The notes under the pieces were generated by a model that ran no database searches, was not told the DNA's origin, and worked only from the letters and a program-made list of their open reading frames with translations. Of a stretch of DNA of 64,000 nt, positions 16,148 through 23,250 are shown in pieces; position 1 is the stretch's first letter, and each line of letters starts with the position of its first letter. The translations under genes were made by a program, and so were the position numbers. Origin of the DNA: Bacteroidales bacterium (GTDB lineage: Bacteria > Bacteroidota > Bacteroidia > Bacteroidales > UBA932); the NCBI GenBank assembly GCA_017429475.1, contig JAFROX010000006.1, positions 126,008-190,007 of the forward strand, written 5' to 3'.

Positions 16148-17518
16148 CTATAAATTGATTCTGAGGCCTGTAGCCAGGGAGAACATCAAGGGGTTCTCGC
16201 TGCGGTATGTTGCCAGCACGCGATTCCTTGAAGGTGCGGTCCAGCTCAGTTCTGGCTCCAGATAAAGACCGACGCGCCGGTTGATGTTGAACTGGACTCC
16301 TCCTGCTCCCAGCAGAGAGAAGCTCAGTCCGTCTTTTGTTTCAATCAAGTCGTGGTTGAGTGTCGCCCCAAGGCAGTAATCTCCCTCGATTCCTCCGCCA
16401 AGGTATACATCCAGCCACCTGCCTGAGGCCAGCATCCAGTCCAGGCGCACAGGAATGCCAAGGTAATGCACATTCTGTGTCCTTTCATAATCGTAGCGGT
16501 AGTTGCTGTATTTGAGTGAGACTTTGGACAGATACTTTGAGTATTGAAGTCCGGTCACAACAGAAAGCCTGTCAGAAACCGGAATCCTTGCAGACAGTCC
16601 TAATTTCAGCGGGATGTTGTGCTCCGCGTCTGTTACGGAATAATCGAACTCCGGTGTGGGAGACTGGTGATTGCCTGAGGGCTGGCTGGGCGATGATGCC
16701 ATATAATAGTAGACAGATCCAGGAAGAGGCGTATTGCTTGATTTGACAGCGTAGTCAGCCAAGGGGCTTGCCGAGGCAAGTCTCAAGATAGCCATTTCCG
16801 GTGCAGACCCTAATTGGTCGGGGGCAAGCGAAGCCAGGATCGGAATGGCTGCCGCCAGAAGTCCGCCGCCGGCAACAACGCCGACCGCAGGCCCGACTTT
16901 AATGCCGATCGGTTTGGATACGGTGACTTCGGGGATTTGCGGAGTGTAAGGGGTTATTGAGTTGTTGCCGCCGGTCCTCGTGGTCTGGACTGCAGGGGTA
17001 TCCTGGCCGGGGTCGGAAGCTACAGTCGGTACGGCGGCTTCATCCTGAGTTTCGGGGCTGTTTGCAGCTTCTTCCGGTTCAGTTCCAGCAGTTGCATCTG
17101 TTTCGGTTCCGGCCGCGGCCGTCTGTGTTTCTGTCTCAGTATCTTGCCGGCCTACGGCTGGCTGCCGTGTCGTCTTCGGTGTCACGGCCTGTGCTATGAG
17201 TGGTTGAGCCGGTGCCGGTTCGACTGCTTCTACTGCGTCTGTGGAGTCTGTGGAGTCGGTGATGGCGGCGACGGGTGTGGTCGGCTGCTGGATAGTCCGG
17301 ATGCCTTCGTCAGTTGTCCCCGGCTTGCCGAGGAACAGGAATGCCGCAAGTCCTGCTGCGACGGCGGCGGGCACGATCCAGATCAGGGGAGAGCGTCTTG
17401 AAGGAGCTGGACTGCCTGCAGCTTCCCTGCGGGCACGGAACTCGGCAAGACTACCCTCCGGAAGGGGACTTTCATACCCTTCCAGCTTGTCTTTTATTAT
17501 GTCTTCCCAGTTTTTCAT
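16148..17518 (-). CDS. Putative anti-sigma factor fused through a low-complexity linker to a C-terminal outer-membrane beta-barrel (PorT/OmpA-barrel-like) domain
   Basis: The 4-nt start overlap with the ECF sigma stop is the usual anti-sigma position. It has a short cytoplasmic N-terminus, a TM (LIWIVPAAVAAGLAAFLFL) and a roughly 130-aa T/A/P/E/Q-rich linker that includes TDSTDSTD. The C-terminus has alternating-hydrophobic strands ending LATGLRINL. Confidence 0.55.
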   Translation of the reverse strand: MKNWEDIIKDKLEGYESPLPEGSLAEFRARREAAGSPAPSRRSPLIWIVPAAVAAGLAAFLFLGKPGTTDEGIRTIQQPTTPVAAITDSTDSTDAVEAVEPAPAQPLIAQAVTPKTTRQPAVGRQDTETETQTAAAGTETDATAGTEPEEAANSPETQDEAAVPTVASDPGQDTPAVQTTRTGGNNSITPYTPQIPEVTVSKPIGIKVGPAVGVVAGGGLLAAAIPILASLAPDQLGSAPEMAILRLASASPLADYAVKSSNTPLPGSVYYYMASSPSQPSGNHQSPTPEFDYSVTDAEHNIPLKLGLSARIPVSDRLSVVTGLQYSKYLSKVSLKYSNYRYDYERTQNVHYLGIPVRLDWMLASGRWLDVYLGGGIEGDYCLGATLNHDLIETKDGLSFSLLGAGGVQFNINRRVGLYLEPELSWTAPSRNRVLATYRSENPLMFSLATGLRINL

Positions 17519-18075
17519 CGTTCCTTTTCCTTCAAATATTGTCTTATGTTTTCTTTCAATTGTTTCCGGGCTTTTGTCAGCACTCCGGCCGAGCCCTTTT
17601 CGCTTATTCCCAGCATCTGTGCGATGTCCCTGTGTGAGTAGCCGTCGATGCAGTAGAGGTTGAAAACCGTCCTTCTCTCGTCACTGAGCCTCGATATCCA
17701 TTCGAGCAGCTTTTCCTGAGGTATGGCTTCCATATCATCTGGATCCGGCTCCGGGATCTTGTCCTGGAATCCTGCATCCAGCGGAACCGTCTTCCATTTC
17801 TGCCGTTTGATATGGTTGATCGTCTTGTTGATGGCAATCCGGCTTATCCAGCCTCCAAGGGACCCTTTCCCGGTGTATCTGTAAGTGGAAATCTTGTCGA
17901 TGGCCTGAATCAGCGACTCCTGCATCAGGTCTTTGGCTTCGTCACCATCTCCCAGATACCTTCTGCAGAGCGTATACACCCTGGCTGCATATCTTCTATA
18001 CAGCTCGTCCTCGGCCTTTATGTCGCTCCGTGAGCAGTGTCTGGCCAGTTCCTGCTCGTCAAGTTCCCTATACAC
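17515..18075 (-). CDS. ECF-type RNA polymerase sigma-70 factor
   Basis: 186 aa. Region 2 is DEAKDLMQESLIQAIDKISTY...WISRIAINKTINHIKRQK. Region 4 HTH is YSHRDIAQMLGISEKGSAGVLTKARKQLK. Confidence 0.88.
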   Translation of the reverse strand: MYRELDEQELARHCSRSDIKAEDELYRRYAARVYTLCRRYLGDGDEAKDLMQESLIQAIDKISTYRYTGKGSLGGWISRIAINKTINHIKRQKWKTVPLDAGFQDKIPEPDPDDMEAIPQEKLLEWISRLSDERRTVFNLYCIDGYSHRDIAQMLGISEKGSAGVLTKARKQLKENIRQYLKEKER

Positions 18076-18199
18076 TCAAATACTCAATTGTACCTCATAA
18101 AGGTACGATAATCCATCATACGAAATAGTGCGGTTCAGGTTGTTTCTGTCATATAAACACAAGGAAAATCAAAATACGTCTTTTAAATGAAATAAAAAT

Positions 18200-18207
18200 T
18201 AACTTTG
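18200..18207 (+). promoter_or_regulatory. Candidate -7 promoter box (TAACTTTG) for the response-regulator/kinase operon
   Basis: Exact TAnnTTTG match 31 nt upstream of the ATG at 18238. It overlaps the left arm of the 18205-18223 palindrome. Confidence 0.35.
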
Positions 18208-18223
18208 TAAAGTTTCTTTACAA
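18205..18223. promoter_or_regulatory. Perfect palindrome TTGTAAAG-TTT-CTTTACAA, candidate operator
   Basis: 8-3-8 inverted repeat 15 nt upstream of the response-regulator start. The same TGTAAAG core recurs four times plus one inverted copy at 20494-20547. Confidence 0.45.
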
Positions 18224-18237
18224 TTGACGAACAATCT

Positions 18238-19587
18238 ATGGCATCGAAAATCGGTAAGATACTGGTGGTGGACGACAACCTGGGAATACGCAGGACGCTT
18301 GAAATCCTGCTGCCGCTGCATTTCGAGCAGGTGAAGACGATTCCGTCGCCTGCGACTCTGGTGGCCTCTCTGGAGCAGTTCCGCCCGGACGTGGTGCTGC
18401 TCGATATGAATTTCAACACATCCATCAATACGGGCAACGAAGGCCTTTACTGGGCAGGTGAAATCAAGAAGATGGTGCCGGACGTCGAGGTGGTGCTGTT
18501 TACTGCATATGCTGACATAGCGCTTGCAGTGGAAGGAATGAAGCGCGGAGCCTTCGACTTCATCGTCAAGCCCTGGGACAACGAAAAGCTGATTGAAGTG
18601 CTGACGGCTGCACGGGACAAGGCCCGCAAGGCGATGAAGCGTGATGTCAGGACAAATCCGAGTCAGGCTGACAGCAATGCTATGTTCTGGGGCGGCTCAA
18701 AGTCTATGGCTGCCATACTGAGGACTGTCGAAAAGATCGCTCCCACGGATGCCACGGTCCTCATCACAGGTGAGAACGGTACGGGAAAGGACGTGCTTGC
18801 CCGCGAGATTCACTCCCGCAGCCTGCGCAGCAGGAAGCAGATGGTGGCGGTCGATGCCGGCGCCATCACCGAGACGCTTTTCGAGAGCGAGCTCTTCGGT
18901 CACGTGAAAGGAGCCTTCACCGATGCACACGCCGACCACGTGGGCAAGTTCGAGCAGGCCGACGGAGGTACGCTGTTCCTCGATGAGATCGGCAACATTC
19001 CGCTGCACCTACAGGCAAAGTTGCTGAGGGTTCTCCAGAACCGCAGCGTGGTGAGGGTAGGAGGCACTCAGGCCATTCCGGTGAACATCAGGCTGATCTG
19101 TGCCACCAATATGGATTTGGAGCAACTGGTGCGCGAAGGACGTTTCCGCGAGGACCTCTATTACCGCATCAATACAGTGCACATCGCCCTTCCTCCGTTA
19201 AGGGAAAGGAAGGAAGACATCGCTCCGCTTGCCCAGATGTTCCTGGAGAGGTTCGCCCTGAAATACCACCGCCCGCTGTCGGGACTTACCCCGGATGCGG
19301 CGGCGATGCTTACCGAGAACCGCTGGAGCGGCAACATCCGCGAACTGGGCAACTGCATAGAGAAGGCAGTGATCCTTTCGGAGGGCAACGTCCTTACTGC
19401 AAACGATATCCAGCTGGAGGCCGCCAAGCCTGCCGGCAAGACCATAAAGGCAGCCAGCGAAGCTGAGGAGGAACGGCTGGTCCGCGAGGCTATGGAGCGC
19501 ACGGACGGGAACATCTCCGCAGCGGCGAAGATGCTCGGAGTCAGCCGTCCGACCCTGTACGCAAAACTTAAAAAGTACGGTCTATGA
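18238..19587 (+). CDS. Sigma-54-dependent (NtrC/Fis-family) response regulator
   Basis: Receiver domain (ILVVDDN...VVLLDMNF...KP), AAA+ domain with Walker [24 protein letters not shown] (GAFTGA-type sigma-54 contact loop) and FLDEIG, plus a C-terminal Fis-type HTH ([22 protein letters not shown]). Confidence 0.9.
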   Translation: MASKIGKILVVDDNLGIRRTLEILLPLHFEQVKTIPSPATLVASLEQFRPDVVLLDMNFNTSINTGNEGLYWAGEIKKMVPDVEVVLFTAYADIALAVEGMKRGAFDFIVKPWDNEKLIEVLTAARDKARKAMKRDVRTNPSQADSNAMFWGGSKSMAAILRTVEKIAPTDATVLITGENGTGKDVLAREIHSRSLRSRKQMVAVDAGAITETLFESELFGHVKGAFTDAHADHVGKFEQADGGTLFLDEIGNIPLHLQAKLLRVLQNRSVVRVGGTQAIPVNIRLICATNMDLEQLVREGRFREDLYYRINTVHIALPPLRERKEDIAPLAQMFLERFALKYHRPLSGLTPDAAAMLTENRWSGNIRELGNCIEKAVILSEGNVLTANDIQLEAAKPAGKTIKAASEAEEERLVREAMERTDGNISAAAKMLGVSRPTLYAKLKKYGL

Positions 19588-20465
19588 CGTTCACAGTGTG
19601 GCATATCGTAGGTGCTTGCGTCATTGTGGCTGTCGTAGCTGCGGTGACAGCAACGCTCAGGACCAGACGCAAGGCCATCAAGAAGGTCTCCTATATGATG
19701 GATGCCCTGGAGGATGGGGAACTCAATTTCCGCTTCAAGGACAGCAACAAGTTCAACCGCACGCTGAACCGTATCCGCACCATTTTCGAGACCCAGAGGC
19801 AGGCCCACGAGCAGGATTCCTGGACCAAGCTTATACGCGTGCTGACCCACGAGATAATGAACACCGTGTCGCCTATTGCGTCTCTCTCCGATGCGATGGC
19901 AAAGTCGGTCGATGAGAACGGCCGCAGCGAGCTTGACCTCAAGGCCGGTCTGGAGACTATCTCCGATTCGTCCAAGAACCTGATCGATTTCGTGCAGACC
20001 TACCGGCAGCTCTCCGGAGTTGCTAAACCTGTCCGCAAGGCGCTGGACCTCCAGGAACTGATGGACAGCATCATCGGCCTGAACACCGAATTTGCGGCTG
20101 CCTGCGGTGCAGAGTGCCGCTATCATCCCGAGGAACCGGACCTTATGATCTATGCCGACGAGGGCCAGATCTCCCAGATTCTCATCAACCTTATCAAGAA
20201 CGCCCTGCAGGCCGGAGCGAAGCACGTCGACATCAGCGCCCGGATGGGCAAGGACGACGAGGTGATAGTGCTGGTGGCCAACGACGGCGAACCTATTCCT
20301 CCCGCCGCACAGGAACAGATCTTCATACCCTTCTATACTACAAAAAAGGAAGGCTCAGGCATAGGCCTGAGCATTTCCCGCCAGATAATGCGTAACCACA
20401 ACGGCAGCATAGAGCTCGACTCCAGCGACGCCGGCCGCACCGCCTTCCGTCTGGAGTTCAGGTAG
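19584..20465 (+). CDS. Histidine kinase with one N-terminal TM and no extracytoplasmic sensor domain
   Basis: The start overlaps the regulator stop (ATGA). Single TM WHIVGACVIVAVVAAVTATL beginning at residue 6. H-box LTHEIMNTVSPI, N-box LINLIKNALQA, G-boxes NDGEPIP and GSGIGLSISRQIM. Confidence 0.88.
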   Translation: MTFTVWHIVGACVIVAVVAAVTATLRTRRKAIKKVSYMMDALEDGELNFRFKDSNKFNRTLNRIRTIFETQRQAHEQDSWTKLIRVLTHEIMNTVSPIASLSDAMAKSVDENGRSELDLKAGLETISDSSKNLIDFVQTYRQLSGVAKPVRKALDLQELMDSIIGLNTEFAAACGAECRYHPEEPDLMIYADEGQISQILINLIKNALQAGAKHVDISARMGKDDEVIVLVANDGEPIPPAAQEQIFIPFYTTKKEGSGIGLSISRQIMRNHNGSIELDSSDAGRTAFRLEFR

Positions 20466-20493
20466 GCCCCAGACTTCAGTTCCGCCAGCATAG

Positions 20494-20547
20494 TGTAAAG
20501 CGGAATTGTAAAGAGAAAAGTGTAAAGAGTTGTAAAGACCTTTACAC
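20494..20547. promoter_or_regulatory. Array of four direct TGTAAAG heptamers plus one inverted copy (last pair forms TTGTAAAG-AC-CTTTACAC); candidate enhancer-binding sites and/or weak terminator
   Basis: TGTAAAG occurs at 20494, 20507, 20521 and 20531, and CTTTACA at 20540, in the 184-nt gap between the kinase stop and the TolC start. It is followed by TTTTTCGTTTTT. Confidence 0.45.
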
Positions 20548-20649
20548 TTTTTCGTTTTTGCGCATTAGGCTTACCTACTGACAATCAGTAATTTGGCTAT
20601 TTTGGTATAATGGATGTTCATTTTTGGCACAAGAAGATTCATTTCATAC

Positions 20650-21984
20650 ATGAACAAATTTATTTTCATTTGGTTTTTTGGTGTTGTCTTCGGTGCCTGC
20701 ATACCTTCTATGCAGGCCTGGGGACAGACTATGACGCTCCGTGACTGCATGGAGTACGCAATTTCCAACTCTACGAAGATCCGCATCCAGCAGGCTGCGA
20801 CTGGAGACGCACAGATAGACCGAAGGGATGCCGCATTGGCACTATTCACTCCCAATATCAGCGCTCAGACCTATGCCTACTACAACTTCGGCCGCAGCAT
20901 CGACCCGCAGACCAACACATATTTCAACACTACGTCGTTCCACAACAACTACGGGGTTTCGGCAGGCTACGACCTGTTCGACGGCTTCAAGGCTGTGAAC
21001 AACTTCAAGATATCCAGAACCGGAATGCTGATAGCCGATTCTCAGGAGAAACAGGTGGAGGCCGACATCTGCCTGGCGGTGATGGAAGCCTACTACAATG
21101 TGGTCTACTACAAGAGGCTCTGCGATGTATACGAAGAGCAGGTGGCTACAGCGGAGCAGGCGCTCACCAAGGCGCGCAGGCAGGAAGAACTGGGGCAGAA
21201 GGGCCACGCCGACGTCATCCAGATGGAGGCTGACCTTGCCGACCGCAGGTATGACCTCACCAATACCTACAATATGTATTGCGACCAGAAGATGACTCTT
21301 GCAGACCTGATGTTCTGGCCGGTGGATGAAGAACTGACGATAGACACTTCGATGCCGGAGTGGAGGCTCGATCCCGTGGCCTCGGAAGCCGTCGTGGACT
21401 TTGCCCTTGACAATAATCCTGCAGTGAGGATAGCGTCGCTTCAGGAACTGAATGCCCGCCGGGAGTTGAACACCGCCAGATGGCAGGTGCTGCCGTCGCT
21501 TGGTGTCTATGCCGGATGGAATACAAGTTACTACTCATATGAAGGTTCGGCGACGGCTTCCTTCCCCGACCAGTTCCGCAACAACAGCGGTGAGTATGTG
21601 GAGCTTTCTCTCTCCATTCCCATATGGAGCAGGCTGGGCAAGCACTCTGCCATTGCCCGTAAGAAACACGCGCTGACCAAGGCTTCTGCCACGCTCGACC
21701 AGAAACGCCGCGACGTGGAGAGCGAAGTGCGCCGTGCCATCCAGGACCGTGACGGCGCCGCGACTGCCTACCAGCAGGCTCAGCGCAAGGCCGAGGTGCA
21801 GCAGGAGGCCTACAGCCTCAACCTCAAGAAACTCGAGCAGGGCCTCATCTCTCCGCTGGAGTTCCAGACCGCGAACAACAACTACCTTAAATCACGCGCC
21901 GACGAAATGAACAGCCTCTTCAAATACCTCATCAAGCAGGCTGTGGTGAAATACTACAACGGCGTCGAATATGTAAATCAATAA
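20650..21984 (+). CDS. TolC-family outer-membrane efflux protein
   Basis: I prefer the ATG at 20650 (MNKFIFIWFFGVVFGACIPSMQAWGQ signal peptide) over the track start at 20614. The mature N-terminus MTLRDCMEYAISNS is typical of OMF proteins, and two coiled/barrel repeats are present. Confidence 0.85.
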   Translation: MNKFIFIWFFGVVFGACIPSMQAWGQTMTLRDCMEYAISNSTKIRIQQAATGDAQIDRRDAALALFTPNISAQTYAYYNFGRSIDPQTNTYFNTTSFHNNYGVSAGYDLFDGFKAVNNFKISRTGMLIADSQEKQVEADICLAVMEAYYNVVYYKRLCDVYEEQVATAEQALTKARRQEELGQKGHADVIQMEADLADRRYDLTNTYNMYCDQKMTLADLMFWPVDEELTIDTSMPEWRLDPVASEAVVDFALDNNPAVRIASLQELNARRELNTARWQVLPSLGVYAGWNTSYYSYEGSATASFPDQFRNNSGEYVELSLSIPIWSRLGKHSAIARKKHALTKASATLDQKRRDVESEVRRAIQDRDGAATAYQQAQRKAEVQQEAYSLNLKKLEQGLISPLEFQTANNNYLKSRADEMNSLFKYLIKQAVVKYYNGVEYVNQ

Positions 21985-21990
21985 GAAATT

Positions 21991-23247
21991 ATGGATAAGA
22001 TCATCGAAAAGAAAACAGGCTGGCGCGTGGCGTTTACCAAGAAGGCTCTGCCCTGGTGGCTCGGAGCACTGTTGCTGGCATTCATAGTATATCTGGTCGT
22101 ACGGCCCAACAACAAGACCTTGAGGGTGGATAAAGACACAGTCACCATCTCAAGCGCCGTGATGGGCGAGTTCAACGACTACATCCGCATCAGCGGCCGG
22201 GTGCAGCCGATGACCACCGTTCAGCTGAGCCCGCAGGAAGGCGGCATCGTGGAGAAGATCCTCATCGAAGAAGGTTCACCTGTTAAGGCCGGGGATGCGA
22301 TCCTCATCCTGAACAACGACAACCTGGACCTGCAGATACTGAACTCAGAGGCCGAACTGGCCGAGAAGGAGAACATCCTCCGCAACACCCAGATCCAGAT
22401 GGAGCAGCAGAAGTTGGACGTGCGCCAGAACGAGTTGGAATACGGCACGCAGGTCGACCGTATGCGCCGTGCCTACGAGCAGCAGAAAGCCCTCTACGAC
22501 GAGAAACTCATCGCAAAGGAAGATTACCTGAAGGCTGAGGAGGACTACAGGCTTGCCAGCCAGAAATATGAACTTATCCGCGAACGCTCAAGGCAGGACA
22601 GCCTCTACCGCGGCACGCAAATCGACCGTATGGAAGAGAGCCTCGACAATATGCTGCTCAATATGCAGATGATCCGCAAGCGCAAGGGCAACCTCATCGT
22701 GAAGGCCCCCATCGACGGCGAACTCGGCCTGCTTGACGTCGTACTCGGCCAGAGCATAGCCAGCGGCACCAAGATAGGCCAGGTCAACTCAGTCGGAACA
22801 TATAAGGTGGAAGCACAGATCGACGAGCATTACATCGACCGCGTCGTCGCAGGCCTCGAAGCCACTTTCGAGCGCCAGGGCGAGACCTATGCCACCAGCA
22901 TCCGCAAGGTCTATCCTGAGGTGCGCGACGGCAAGTTCCAGGCTGACTTCAAGTTCGAGGGCCAGCAGCCCGACAACATCCGCGCAGGCCAGACATACTA
23001 TCTGAACCTCCAGCTGGGCCAACCCGAGGAGGCTGTTATAATCCCCCGCGGCACTTTCTACCAGAAGACAGGCGGAAAATGGATATATGTGGTTAACAAG
23101 GAAGGCACCAAAGCCGTCAAGAGAGAGATACGCATCGGCCGCCAGAACCCGCAGTACTATGAGGTGCTGGAAGGCCTGGAGCCCGGCGAGAAGGTCATCA
23201 CTTCCGGATATGAGACGTATGGTGACAGTGATGTTTTGGTATTCTAA
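21991..23247 (+). CDS. HlyD/MacA-type periplasmic adaptor (membrane fusion protein)
   Basis: N-terminal TM, lipoyl-like segment GGIVEKILIEEGSPVKAGDAILILNN, a long coiled-coil, and a beta-barrel/MP-domain tail. Confidence 0.85.
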   Translation: MDKIIEKKTGWRVAFTKKALPWWLGALLLAFIVYLVVRPNNKTLRVDKDTVTISSAVMGEFNDYIRISGRVQPMTTVQLSPQEGGIVEKILIEEGSPVKAGDAILILNNDNLDLQILNSEAELAEKENILRNTQIQMEQQKLDVRQNELEYGTQVDRMRRAYEQQKALYDEKLIAKEDYLKAEEDYRLASQKYELIRERSRQDSLYRGTQIDRMEESLDNMLLNMQMIRKRKGNLIVKAPIDGELGLLDVVLGQSIASGTKIGQVNSVGTYKVEAQIDEHYIDRVVAGLEATFERQGETYATSIRKVYPEVRDGKFQADFKFEGQQPDNIRAGQTYYLNLQLGQPEEAVIIPRGTFYQKTGGKWIYVVNKEGTKAVKREIRIGRQNPQYYEVLEGLEPGEKVITSGYETYGDSDVLVF

Positions 23248-23250
23248 GCG

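Noticed and set aside
18076-18160. ECF-type autoregulated promoter (GAAC...CGT) upstream of the sigma gene
   Set aside because: The candidate GAAAC/GAAC and CGTA elements on the minus strand are spaced about 19 or 10 nt apart, not the usual about 16-17 nt. No confident call is possible.
19161-20225. 354-aa minus-strand ORF
   Set aside because: It is antisense to the response-regulator and kinase genes. Its composition is low-complexity (S/R/A/L-rich) and it has no motif.
20625-20640. TGGCAC (a -24-like sigma-54 element) upstream of the TolC gene
   Set aside because: The -12 position reads GATTC rather than TTGC(A/T). The implied transcription start would fall on the ATG at 20650, requiring a leaderless mRNA. 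It is interesting given the sigma-54-type regulator next door, but I cannot call it a promoter from sequence. 5'-RACE in wild type versus an rpoN mutant would settle it.
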